Positions 1 through 9,319 of a stretch of DNA of 64,000 nucleotides are shown here, piece by piece. Source of the stretch: Flaviflexus sp. (GTDB lineage: Bacteria; Actinomycetota; Actinomycetes; Actinomycetales; Actinomycetaceae); assembly GCA_030537635.1 (NCBI GenBank), contig JAUNVM010000002.1, positions 47,049 to 111,048 of the forward strand, written 5' to 3'. Under the pieces are notes generated by a model that ran no database searches, was not told where the DNA came from, and was given only the letters and a program-made list of their open reading frames with translations. Made by a program: the position numbers and the translations under genes. The number at the start of each line of letters is the position of its first letter. Positions within the stretch are counted from its first letter, which is position 1.

Positions 1-959
1 GTCATTCCCTCAAGGGAACCGAGCAGGTGCTCGGCCCGGCCCACGACATAGGAGGGCATGGAGGCGTTGAAGGTGCGGGCCGTGCGGACGATGGACGCAT
101 CCGGGTCGGTCGACAGGTAGAGGCGAGGATAGACGGGAATGCAGTGGCCGCCTACGGCAATACCTGGACGGTGAATGTGCGAATAGGGCTGGGAATTGCA
201 GGCGTCGATGACGCGCTCAACGTCGATGCCCACCTTGTCGGCGTAGACGGCAAACTGATTGGCGAGGCCAATGTTGACATCCCGGTAGGTAGTCTCGGCC
301 AGCTTCGCCATTTCCGCGGCCTCCGCGCTGCTCATATCCCACACGCCGTTCTCCCGGGGCAGGTCCGGGCGCTCATCAAAGGTCAGGACCGACTCGTAGA
401 ACTCGATGGCCGCCTTGGTGCCCTCCTCGCTGAGGCCACCCACGAGCTTGGGGTAGCGGCGCAGGTCGGCAAACACGCGCCCCGTAAGTACTCGCTCGGG
501 TGAGAACACGAGGTGGAAGTCGGTACCCTCGGTGAGGCCGGAGATCTTCTCAATCATCGGCTTCCACCGGTTCCTCGTGGTACCCACGGGCAGGGTGGTC
601 TCGTAGGAGATGAGGGTGCCGGGGGTGAGGTGCTCGGCCAGCGACTTCGTGGCCGCATCCATCCAGGCAAAGTCCGGCTCCCAGGTTTCGTCATTGACGA
701 AGAGGGGAACCACGAGAACAATCGCGTCCGCATTCGGAATAGCCTCGGAATAATCCGTGGTGGCCCGCAGGTGATCCGGAACGAGGCGGCCGAGATACTC
801 GCCGAGATGAGCCTCGCCGGGGAACGGTTCCCGCCCGGCATTGATGTCCTCAACAACCTTCTCATTGACATCGACACCGATGACCTCGTGTCCGGCATCG
901 GCGAACTGCGCGGCAAGCGGCAGCCCAATCTTTCCCATGGCGACGACGGCGATGCGCAC
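1..959 (-). CDS. NDP-sugar 6-dehydrogenase (UDP-GlcNAc/UDP-ManNAc dehydrogenase, WbpA/WecC-like); 3' end lies outside the window
   Basis: Absent from the ORF track because it runs off the left edge. My own minus-strand translation from GTG at 959 (GGAAGGAAGG Shine-Dalgarno at 966-975) gives VRIAVVAMGKIGLPLAAQFADAGHEVIGVDVN (Rossmann GxGxxG), then FSPERVLTG and GIAVGGHCIPVYP, the catalytic Cys motif of the UDP-glucose/GDP-mannose dehydrogenase family. Confidence 0.85.
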   Translation of the reverse strand, partial: MRIAVVAMGKIGLPLAAQFADAGHEVIGVDVNEKVVEDINAGREPFPGEAHLGEYLGRLVPDHLRATTDYSEAIPNADAIVLVVPLFVNDETWEPDFAWMDAATKSLAEHLTPGTLISYETTLPVGTTRNRWKPMIEKISGLTEGTDFHLVFSPERVLTGRVFADLRRYPKLVGGLSEEGTKAAIEFYESVLTFDERPDLPRENGVWDMSSAEAAEMAKLAETTYRDVNIGLANQFAVYADKVGIDVERVIDACNSQPYSHIHRPGIAVGGHCIPVYPRLYLSTDPDASIVRTARTFNASMPSYVVGRAEHLLGSLEGM

Positions 960-1283
960 GACGTTCCTTCCTTCCATCGACAGCTCTTTGATTCTACCCT
1001 CACCGCTCAATCGCGCGCGAGGAGGCGCGGCCGCTCCGACCAGAGCTTTTCTTGCACCCAGGCAGAAGAACCGGTGTGTCCGATCCGCGGCCGCGCTGGA
1101 CCACATCTCTGAGCGGCCGCCCACCATCGCGCACAGATATTCAGATACAACCGAGCAGTTCTCGTAACGAAAAGGGTAAATACATTGACGAAATGCCACG
1201 CTGGCGATCCGAGCAGGTTGGAACCCCACACCAGGCTGTCCAGTATCTAACACCTGGGGCATCGATGTGCTGGCTATGGCGCC

Positions 1284-3347
1284 ATGACGGACCTGCGTTC
1301 GCTAAACTGTGGAGGACTTCGGGTAGCTGGCCAAGCCCGCCACCCCACGAAACGAGAGGAACCACCTGTGCTCACCTGGGCGATGCTGGCTCTTGGCCTC
1401 CTCATCGTCATCTTCGCGCCCGGACTGATCGTCCTGCGCGCCCTTGGTCTGCGCGGGCTCACCCTGTGGGGAGCTGCTCCCGCCTGGACTGCGGGGCTGG
1501 CCACCGCCGCCTCCCTCATCCTGGCTGCCGCCTCGGTGCGGTGGAGCCCGCTATTCTTCGCAGCGGTCGTCCTCGTCGCCACGGCGGGTGCTGCCCTCCT
1601 CGGCCGCGTCATGCCCGGGAAGGTATATCAGCGCACCGGCATCAGCCTCGATGAACTGAGCTTCCCGGTCACCCGCAGGCAGGGAATCGCCCTCGGCCTG
1701 CTCATTGTGTTGAGCTCAGTTCTCCTGTGGCTGCCGGGGATCATGCCTGGAGATTTCGGTGATCCGCCGCAGTGGTGGGATCCCACCTATCACCTCTCGG
1801 GGGTGTGGTCGATTGCCCATTCTGGTGATGCCTCTCCCTTGAGCGCCTTTTCGCTCATGTACGGCCCGGAGCCGGTGAGCGTGGTCTACCCGGCGGTGCT
1901 CCACCAACTGGTTTCCCTCGTGTCGGGCACCGAGCACATCATTCCCACCATCAAGCTCATGCTCGCCGGCATCGCCATCATCTGGTACACCGGCATTGCC
2001 TCCCTCGGTCAGGCGGCCCTGCCGAAGGTCAAATACGCACCCTTCCTTGCCCTCGGTGCCGCCCAGTTCGTGCCGATCATGCCGAGCTATCTGCTCTTCC
2101 GGGTGCCCGTGTGGGCCAATGCGCTGGGCGTGGCTCTCATCCCGGGCCTACTCGCTCTCGCCATGGCCTGCTTCCGCTACACGGTCATGCACCAAAGGAA
2201 TCTCAAGGCGGCCTTCCCGCTCCTTGCCGCTCTCTACCTCATGCTCATTCTCGGGGTGCTCGGGCTGACGGCCTCCTATCCGGCATCCTTCTTCACGATC
2301 ACCATCATCCTCATCGTTGGCCTCACCGCCTACGTCGCCCAGCGGATGGGGGAGATCCGGTCCCTGCCCAAGGCGGTGGCGGCCAGCGCGGGCCTTGCCC
2401 TCCTTATCGGCCTCACCCTCATCCTCCCGCTGACCAGCCCGCGCTTTGAGTCCATGCTGGCCAATCCGCCGACCCGGGGCTTTGATCAGCTCCTCTTCAA
2501 ACTGTGGTCGATCGCCTCGATGAATCCGGCCGGCGGCGGGGGCATCATCCCCAAGCTCGTCAGTATTGTCTTCGGGATTGCCTGCCTTGTCGGCCTGGTC
2601 ACCGCCTTTCGCAGCCGGCAGCTGCGCTGGCTTTCGCTCACCTGGATCGTTCTCCTCCTCATCGTCCTCGCCACCTCCTTCCCCATCATCCCGCTCAGCT
2701 ACTACACGGGAATCTGGTACTACGGCATCTTCCGCACTCTGCCATTCTTCGCGATCCCCACGATCCTTCTCGCCGTCATCGGGGCTACCCGTCTACTCTC
2801 CCGCGCGACAGCTAATAACCTGGCAGGAGCCATCACCGGCGTGCTCGTGCTGTCGGTTGCCTCCTCGGCTATCTTCTGGGGCATGCGCTACGGGTATGGT
2901 CGGGAAATGTTTGACCCAACCCCCTCCGACTCCCTGTTCATGGTGAGCGACGACGAGCTCGCCATGCAAAAGCGCATCGCGAACATCGTGGGCCCCGACG
3001 AGCTCGTCATCGGCGATCCCACCAACGGGGAGGCCCTGCTTCCGGCCTACGCCAACGTCGATGTCGCCTTCCGTCAACACGCCTACGCCCAGATCTCTCG
3101 CGAGAGCGCAGATGCGAGGCTGCTCGGCGACCACTTCAACCAGATCCACGACAATCCGCGCGTATGCCGGGTGCTGAAGAAGTACAACATCAAGTACTTC
3201 TATGAGGACTACCCGGTGATCTTCAACGAAACCTGGCGACCCTTCTCCACCCCGGGCTTCTACCACGTCGACACCTCACGGGGCTTCGAGCTCCTCGACG
3301 AGGCCGATCAGGCGCGCTTCTACCGCATCACCGCCTGCGACGAGTAA
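1284..3347 (+). CDS. Large polytopic membrane protein (~15 hydrophobic segments plus a ~165-aa soluble C-terminal domain); candidate GT-C-type glycosyltransferase or polymerase
   Basis: 687-aa ORF. About 15 hydrophobic helices are visible (e.g. WAMLALGLLIVIFAPGLIVL, LSLTWIVLLLIVLATSFPIIPL). An acidic/aromatic loop GDFGDPPQWWDPTYH follows helix 4. The true start may be GTG at 1368 (VLTWAMLALG), preceded by GAGAGGA. Function is inferred from architecture and context only. Confidence 0.6.
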   Translation: MTDLRSLNCGGLRVAGQARHPTKREEPPVLTWAMLALGLLIVIFAPGLIVLRALGLRGLTLWGAAPAWTAGLATAASLILAAASVRWSPLFFAAVVLVATAGAALLGRVMPGKVYQRTGISLDELSFPVTRRQGIALGLLIVLSSVLLWLPGIMPGDFGDPPQWWDPTYHLSGVWSIAHSGDASPLSAFSLMYGPEPVSVVYPAVLHQLVSLVSGTEHIIPTIKLMLAGIAIIWYTGIASLGQAALPKVKYAPFLALGAAQFVPIMPSYLLFRVPVWANALGVALIPGLLALAMACFRYTVMHQRNLKAAFPLLAALYLMLILGVLGLTASYPASFFTITIILIVGLTAYVAQRMGEIRSLPKAVAASAGLALLIGLTLILPLTSPRFESMLANPPTRGFDQLLFKLWSIASMNPAGGGGIIPKLVSIVFGIACLVGLVTAFRSRQLRWLSLTWIVLLLIVLATSFPIIPLSYYTGIWYYGIFRTLPFFAIPTILLAVIGATRLLSRATANNLAGAITGVLVLSVASSAIFWGMRYGYGREMFDPTPSDSLFMVSDDELAMQKRIANIVGPDELVIGDPTNGEALLPAYANVDVAFRQHAYAQISRESADARLLGDHFNQIHDNPRVCRVLKKYNIKYFYEDYPVIFNETWRPFSTPGFYHVDTSRGFELLDEADQARFYRITACDE

Positions 3348-3409
3348 CACCACGCCGGTAGGCCGCTGACCGGAAGAGATGGGGATGCCAGTTCAGTACA
3401 CTGGGGCCC

Positions 3410-4465
3410 ATGAAGGTTCTTTCCGTCGTGGGGGCCCGCCCCCAGTTCGTCAAGCTCGCCCCCATCTGCCGCGCCTTTGAGGAGGCCGGGATCGAGCACA
3501 TCATTGTCCACACCGGGCAGCACTATGATCCCATGCTCTCCGATGTGTTCTTTGCCGACCTGTCGATTCCCGCCCCCGATGTTCACCTCGGCGTCGGCTC
3601 GGCCAGCCACGGCAAGCAGACCGGCGCCATCCTCGCCGGCATGGACGACGTGTTGGATGAGAACCGGCCCGACTGGGTGCTCGTGTACGGGGACACGAAC
3701 TCCACCCTGGCCGCGGCCCTGGCGGCGGTAAAGATGCATATCCCGGTCGCCCACCTCGAGGCCGGCTTGCGCTCCTTCAACCGGGCCATGCCCGAGGAGC
3801 ACAACCGGGTGCTCACCGATCACTGCGCGGATCTGCTCCTTGCCCCCACCGAGGTGGGAGCGAGCCACCTGGCTAATGAGGGGCTGGCGGATCGCACCGT
3901 CGTCGTCGGTGACGTCATGACCGATGTGCTCTACCAGGTGCGCGACCTGGTGGCAGATAAGCCCTCCCCGGTGGCCGATGTGACCGATGGTGAGTACTCG
4001 ATCGCCACGATTCACCGCGCGGAAAACACCGATGATCCCAAGCGCCTCGAGGCCATTCTTGACGCCCTGGCCTCGGTTGATCACACCGTCGTCCTCCTCG
4101 CCCATCCGCGCCTCGTGGCCAAGGCCAAGGATCACGGGCTGAGCCTCGACCGGGGAAATCTCGTGTCCCACGAACCCCTGGCCTATCCGGATCTCGTGGC
4201 CTCCTGCCTGCATGCCCGGGGCGTCATCACCGACTCTGGCGGCCTGCAAAAGGAGGCTTTCCTCCTGCGCGTTCCGGCCACCACCGTCCGCCCGCAAACC
4301 GAGTGGGTGGAAACCGTGGAGCTCGGCTGGAACGTTCTCGTCGAACCGGGTGAGCTGGCCGCCCAGGCAAGCCGCCCCCGCCCGGCCGATGTTGACGATC
4401 AGCCCTACGGATCCGGGCGCGCGGCCCAGGAGGTTGCGAAGGCCCTCACCCAGGCTGCGCGCTAG
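3410..4465 (+). CDS. Non-hydrolysing UDP-N-acetylglucosamine-type 2-epimerase (WecB/MnaA/WbpI family)
   Basis: MKVLSVVGARPQFVKLAPI..HTGQHYDPMLSDVFF..LVYGDTNSTLAAALAA..HLEAGLRSFNRAMPEEHNR are hallmark epimerase_2 motifs. Confidence 0.9.
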   Translation: MKVLSVVGARPQFVKLAPICRAFEEAGIEHIIVHTGQHYDPMLSDVFFADLSIPAPDVHLGVGSASHGKQTGAILAGMDDVLDENRPDWVLVYGDTNSTLAAALAAVKMHIPVAHLEAGLRSFNRAMPEEHNRVLTDHCADLLLAPTEVGASHLANEGLADRTVVVGDVMTDVLYQVRDLVADKPSPVADVTDGEYSIATIHRAENTDDPKRLEAILDALASVDHTVVLLAHPRLVAKAKDHGLSLDRGNLVSHEPLAYPDLVASCLHARGVITDSGGLQKEAFLLRVPATTVRPQTEWVETVELGWNVLVEPGELAAQASRPRPADVDDQPYGSGRAAQEVAKALTQAAR

Positions 4466-4504
4466 ACCGGCACAGCTCTTCCAAGCTTTCTTAAGCGAGC
4501 ATTC

Positions 4505-4532
4505 TTCTGGCCGGGCACCTACCCGGCCAGAA
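4505..4532. terminator. Bidirectional stem-loop between convergent epimerase and GT4 genes
   Basis: Perfect 11-bp stem TTCTGGCCGGG / CCCGGCCAGAA with a 6-nt loop, followed by an A-run on the + strand. Confidence 0.55.
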
Positions 4533-4588
4533 AAACTATGCAATTGCAGCTGGTCGCGGCTCCTCAAGAGCTCTTCGCCCGCGGGGCG

Positions 4589-5797
4589 TCAGCTTCGAAG
4601 GATCTCGGCAAAGAACGCCGCCGCAGCGTCTCCCATGGCGCGCATGGACTTGTTCTCCTCGACCCAGGTGCGGGCCCGCTCGCGAAGCGAGGGTTCGGGC
4701 TCCTTCTCGGCGATCTCGGTGAGCGCAACGGCAATCTGCTCGACATCATAGCCGCAGGCAACCCCAATCTCGTTGTCACGAAGATCCTTGATCGCTGGGC
4801 CCGCCCCGGCGTAGAGGACCGGGGTGCCGCACGCGAGCGCGGTCAACACCTTCGTCGGGTAGGCAAAGTCGTAGCCGAGGCCTGGCCGGATGGAGACGAG
4901 TGCCGCGCGGGCGGAGGCCTGCAGGGCGGCCGCCGTGGCCGGGTCCACCGGATCGCGGATGATCATCGGCTCATAATCCCGCTCGGGCATGGTCTCACCA
5001 ATGTCGCGCATCATCTCCAGAGAGTCGCCGCGCCCCACCACGACGAGCTGGAGCCCCAGGTCCTCTTCCTCATTCGCCCTGGCGAAGGCCTTCGCGAAGA
5101 TCTCCGCGCCCTGCCATTCGGAGGCGGTGCCCGCGTAGATGACGAAGGGGCGGGTGATGCCAAAGGCGGTAAGCTCATCCTCGCTCATCTTCGCCTCCGG
5201 GGTGAACGTATCGGTGTCTGCGCCGTTGGGGATGACCCGGATGTTGGTGCCGCCGAGGGCCTTGACCCGCTCGCCGACTCCCTCGGAGACAGCAATGACG
5301 CCGGCAGCACCTCGGATCGTGGCCGATTCCATGAACCGCACAGCGCTCACCACGAAGCCGGGAGCCCCGGTGGCCTCCGCAGCATCCGACCATACGTCGG
5401 CCGCGTACCAGACGTAGGGGAAGCGGCGCAGCGCGGAGGCAATGCGGATCACCATGCCGGTCGTCGGCGGCGGCTCGACCACGGCAAGGTCGGGGCGCTT
5501 GCCAAAGAGTGCGCGGGCGCCGGCCTGAAGGTCGAAGGTGAGGTAGGGAATGTAGCCCTTGAGGTAGCCGTCCTTGTCGCGGAGCACGGGCACTCGCACC
5601 GTGCCCTCATCATCGCGCCCAGCCTTGTTCTTCGGCAGCGCGGAGGTAAGCACCTTGACCGCTCCCCCGGCCCGCTTCACGGCCTTTTCCACCGCGTCGA
5701 TCCGGAAGGAGGCGGCGGCCGCCTCCGGCAGGTGGATGCGGGTGATGAAGCGGATGGTTTTCTGGGCGAGGTTCTTAGCCATGTGTGTTGAGCGCAC
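4589..5797 (-). CDS. Glycosyltransferase family 4 (GT-B, WbuB-like)
   Basis: 402-aa ORF with a C-terminal GT-B half (VVVGRGD..; YPTKVLTALACGTPVL). The likely start is MAKNL at 5782, which gives an 8-nt overlap with the upstream GT4. Confidence 0.8.
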   Translation of the reverse strand: MRSTHMAKNLAQKTIRFITRIHLPEAAAASFRIDAVEKAVKRAGGAVKVLTSALPKNKAGRDDEGTVRVPVLRDKDGYLKGYIPYLTFDLQAGARALFGKRPDLAVVEPPPTTGMVIRIASALRRFPYVWYAADVWSDAAEATGAPGFVVSAVRFMESATIRGAAGVIAVSEGVGERVKALGGTNIRVIPNGADTDTFTPEAKMSEDELTAFGITRPFVIYAGTASEWQGAEIFAKAFARANEEEDLGLQLVVVGRGDSLEMMRDIGETMPERDYEPMIIRDPVDPATAAALQASARAALVSIRPGLGYDFAYPTKVLTALACGTPVLYAGAGPAIKDLRDNEIGVACGYDVEQIAVALTEIAEKEPEPSLRERARTWVEENKSMRAMGDAAAAFFAEILRS

Positions 5798-6920
5798 TCT
5801 CGTAGATCTTGATTTGACGGGTGGTAAAAGCCTGGGCGGAGAACCGTTGGCGGGCCCGGTTCCGGATGGCCTGGCGGGGGTATGTGCCGGCCCGAATTCC
5901 CTCGGACATCATCGCGAATGCGGCTACCAGGGCATCTTCATCATCAATCGGAACCACCGTTCCGGCGCTCGGCACAACTGAATGCCGGCCAGCCCAGGTC
6001 GCGGAGGCGATGCAGGGAAGGCCGAGGCTCTGGGCCTCAGAGAACACGGTTCCGCCCGCTTCCTTCGCCGACGTGAGCACGAAGCAGTCTCCTTGAGCCA
6101 TAGCGGGGGCGATCTTCTCGCGGTCGATGGTTCCGAGGAAGTCGACGGCTTGGCCAACCCCGGCGTGCTGGGCCCGTTCGCGAGCGCCCTCCACTCGCTC
6201 CGGAGTTCCGCCGATAATCCGAAGACGGATGCTCGGGTCTGTCCGATGGGCGCGGGCAAAGGCATCGATGAGCTGAAGAACCCGCTTATTGGCGTCGAGG
6301 TGGGAGACGTGCACGAAGGTGAGCGGTTTCCCCGGCGTGCGTGGAATCGGCTCGGCGAAAAAGCTATCCGGTACCGGCAGGGAGATAACGTCGAAGGGCT
6401 TACCGTAGCTCGCGGCTAGCTGCTCGGCGAACGGGGTGGACACAGCAGCCCTGAAGTCTGTGCCGTCCACCGCTTTTTCAATGGCGGCAAAGCGCGGGCG
6501 GGAGGGGCGGTTGAGGGTGGAGGGGCGGTGCTCGGTCAGCCCGTAAGGCACCTGCCACCGCGCGGCGAGGTGGCGGGCAAGCAGGATGCCGGGGAAGACC
6601 GAGTGCGCGTGCACGATATCGGGAATTCCCCACCTTCGCTCATAGGCGCGGGCGAGCGACCGGGCCTTGCCGCGAATAATCGCATCGTCGCCGGGAAGGG
6701 CGCCTTTGGGCACCTGCGCCATGCCGGCGCGAATAACGTGGGTGTCGATGCTGCGCCGCCGGGGCCGCTGCCACACCGATCTTGGTTTGAGCGCGATAAC
6801 GCCAACCTTGACGCCGGTGCCACGCAGCATCGTGGCCTGTTCGGCAAAGAAGCTTCCATCGAAGGGCTGGTCGGGCGACGGATACCAGGACGGGGTCCAC
6901 AGGACATGCATGCTACTCAC
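5775..6920 (-). CDS. Glycosyltransferase family 4 (GT-B)
   Basis: The N-terminus MHVLWTPSWYPSPDQPFDGSFF is typical of GT4 capsule/O-antigen transferases. The C-terminal half has LTSAKEAGGTVFSEAQSLGLPCIAS (E-x7-E-like region). Confidence 0.85.
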   Translation of the reverse strand: MSSMHVLWTPSWYPSPDQPFDGSFFAEQATMLRGTGVKVGVIALKPRSVWQRPRRRSIDTHVIRAGMAQVPKGALPGDDAIIRGKARSLARAYERRWGIPDIVHAHSVFPGILLARHLAARWQVPYGLTEHRPSTLNRPSRPRFAAIEKAVDGTDFRAAVSTPFAEQLAASYGKPFDVISLPVPDSFFAEPIPRTPGKPLTFVHVSHLDANKRVLQLIDAFARAHRTDPSIRLRIIGGTPERVEGARERAQHAGVGQAVDFLGTIDREKIAPAMAQGDCFVLTSAKEAGGTVFSEAQSLGLPCIASATWAGRHSVVPSAGTVVPIDDEDALVAAFAMMSEGIRAGTYPRQAIRNRARQRFSAQAFTTRQIKIYESALNTHG

Positions 6921-7015
6921 CGCCCGTCCCTGACTGGAGCGCTAGCCGTGGCAAAGTGGCTAGCATCCTTAGCGTTTGCGCCCGGCAGGGGCGGGCGCCG
7001 AGAGGGAGGGCGGGA

Positions 7016-8101
7016 TTAGCGTGCATGAAGCGCCTCAACAACCGTTGCCGCCCGGGCCCGCCAGGTGTGCTTATGACGCACCTGGCGAGCGCATTCCGCC
7101 GCATCTTGCAGCTTTTCGGGATGATGAGCGAGGTCTCGCAGCATGCGTTCCATGTCCTCGGCCGTGTAGGTGGCCGCGAATCCCACCCCGAGACCGGTGA
7201 TGATGTCTCCGGCCAGCGTGTCGGCCTGGGCCAGCATGGCTTTACCACGCCCGAGGTATTCGTAGAGCTTGACGGGAACCGCGAACTTTCCATAGAACTC
7301 GGGATCCACGGAGACGTAGCAGAGATTCGCCCGGGCAAAGAGCTGCTCCCGCTCCTCCCCGGTTGCGTGAACCACGCGAATATTCTCCGCCCGCGGATAT
7401 TCGTGTGCCACCGCCTCCCAGCGTTCAGCCGTGGTGCACAGGGTGAACGAGATGTCGGGAATCGCCTTCACCGCTTCGAAGAGCTTGTGCAGCTGATAGT
7501 TCTTATTCCCTAGGCCGCCGATATAGAACAGGGAGAGCGGCGACGCGGCCGCCTCCGGCTCGTCAACAATGTCGCCGCCGGGAGGAAGCGCCACCGCCTC
7601 GGCATGCTTGAGCGGCGGCACATATGCGGCCATCTGCTCAGATGGAAGAAAAACGGTCGAACACAGCCGATCATATCCGGCCAGTTCATAGCGATACAGC
7701 GCGGTCATGGCCAGTGCGAGCGGGCGACCGACCCGGTCGGGATACTCCCTGTCTCGCCAGTAAATGTCGCGATAGAACACGCCCGTGGGAATGCCGTGTC
7801 GTTTCAGGTAGGCGAAGATGGAGAAGTCGAGAAAAGGATGCGGCGGGAGATGCTTCTTCTCCGTGATCATCGGAGGGATGGTGGCGTTTTCCGAGTAGCA
7901 AAAGTCGATCGGGGCGCCGGCCTTGATGCGCTGGCGCAGGGCCTTGAATTTGTGCGCCCTTTCTTCGGCGTAGCCCGAGATATCCAGCACCTCATATCCG
8001 AGTTCGCGGAATGCCTCGAGCATCTTCCTCGGTCGAATCGCTGACGCCGCCACCGATGAATAATCGAGCGGGTATGGGCAGTGAAAAACCATCGTCGGCA
8101 T
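7016..8101 (-). CDS. Putative glycosyltransferase (GT-B-like, family not recognised)
   Basis: 361-aa ORF sandwiched between GT4 genes in the same operon. It looks like a two-Rossmann-half protein (FYIGGLGNKNY..; PVKLYEYLGRGKAML), but I see no canonical family motif. Confidence 0.55.
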   Translation of the reverse strand: MPTMVFHCPYPLDYSSVAASAIRPRKMLEAFRELGYEVLDISGYAEERAHKFKALRQRIKAGAPIDFCYSENATIPPMITEKKHLPPHPFLDFSIFAYLKRHGIPTGVFYRDIYWRDREYPDRVGRPLALAMTALYRYELAGYDRLCSTVFLPSEQMAAYVPPLKHAEAVALPPGGDIVDEPEAAASPLSLFYIGGLGNKNYQLHKLFEAVKAIPDISFTLCTTAERWEAVAHEYPRAENIRVVHATGEEREQLFARANLCYVSVDPEFYGKFAVPVKLYEYLGRGKAMLAQADTLAGDIITGLGVGFAATYTAEDMERMLRDLAHHPEKLQDAAECARQVRHKHTWRARAATVVEALHAR

Positions 8102-8110
8102 GACGATTCC

Positions 8111-9196
8111 TTAGAGCACCCGGCGATACAGGTCCAGGTAGGAGTTCGCGATAGTCGCGGGCTCGAACCGGTCTCCGACAGTATCCGCAATCTCCCGGGC
8201 CGACAGGTCCTTGGTGCGATCATCGAGCTCCATGATCGCGGCGGCATAGGCCTCGGGAGTCTGCTCATCGACAATCGCGCCCACCGACGGTTCAATGTAT
8301 TCGACATGACCGCCATTGCATCCCGCGACGATGGGCCGGCCGTTGACGATTGCCTCGGCGGCAGCGACAAAGAAGTTCTCTCCCCTCGTCGGAGCGAAGA
8401 ACATGTCACCGGCAGCAATGGCGTCATAGACCTCGGACATGGGGCGAACGCCGGGGAAATCAGCCTCAACTCCCAGCTCCTTCGCGAGCGCAATCGCCTC
8501 TTCCCGCAGTTCTCCCCCGCCCAGCCAGGTGAGGCTGGCGGGCTTGCCGCGATCGGCAAGAACCTTCAGTGCACGCACCGCGAGAAGCGGATCCTTGCGT
8601 TCCACCAGAGCGCCCGTCGATACGAGCCTCAGTTTGCTTGTCCGCTCGGGCCGCTCCACCAGCGTGTCGGGCGCGGGCACCTGGCAGGGAATCACCTCGA
8701 CGGGGCGCGAGCCGCGCACCTCACGCAGGGCGTCGGCCAGGAATTCGCATTCGCCCAGCGCGACATCGGGAAGCTTGGTCATCTGCAGGACTAGGGGGTG
8801 GAGCAGCTGGCGCAGCGGCGGAAGCGTCTGCGGCGAGGTCATCGCCGACCAGTGCTCGGTATGGACCCAGGGAATGTTCGGCCGGTCAAAGACAAACGGC
8901 TCGATCGCCGAGATCGCCTGAGTGTGCAGAATGTCGGCGTGCCGGCACAGCTCGGCCACCCGCCGTGAGGCTCGCAGAATACTCAGGGGATTGTTGGTTT
9001 CCATCGGAACCCGAACCACCTTGAGGCCCTCGTGGGTTGTCTTGCGAATCCCATCATCCTCGTGCGAGGGAACGAGATGGATGATCCTCAGGTCAACACC
9101 CGCCTTGGCAATAGCCACCGAATCCTTGACCACAAATGTCCCCGAGACGGGGTTGATACGCGTGGGAAACCACGGCGTAACCATCGCAACGCGCAT
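8111..9196 (-). CDS. Glycosyltransferase family 4 (GT-B)
   Basis: MRVAMVTPWFPTRINPVSGTFV at the N-terminus and FFAPTRGENFFVAAAEAIVNGRPIV near the C-terminus (GT4 EX7E region). First gene of a four-GT operon. Confidence 0.85.
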   Translation of the reverse strand: MRVAMVTPWFPTRINPVSGTFVVKDSVAIAKAGVDLRIIHLVPSHEDDGIRKTTHEGLKVVRVPMETNNPLSILRASRRVAELCRHADILHTQAISAIEPFVFDRPNIPWVHTEHWSAMTSPQTLPPLRQLLHPLVLQMTKLPDVALGECEFLADALREVRGSRPVEVIPCQVPAPDTLVERPERTSKLRLVSTGALVERKDPLLAVRALKVLADRGKPASLTWLGGGELREEAIALAKELGVEADFPGVRPMSEVYDAIAAGDMFFAPTRGENFFVAAAEAIVNGRPIVAGCNGGHVEYIEPSVGAIVDEQTPEAYAAAIMELDDRTKDLSAREIADTVGDRFEPATIANSYLDLYRRVL

Positions 9197-9319
9197 GAAA
9201 ACCTCATAAAACTGCTGGTATTGGTTCCGAGATTACCACAGAGTACCCCAGCCTCTTTGAGGCCGATCCGGCCTCACGAGGGGTATAACTGAGGGGAGAG
9301 AAGAAGTGAAGGAGTAGGC

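Noticed and set aside
27-1112. ORFs 27-503 and 513-1112 on the + strand at the left edge
   Set aside because: The minus strand here encodes a clear NDP-sugar dehydrogenase (GxGxxG, GGHCIP). It was missed by the ORF track only because it is truncated by the window edge.
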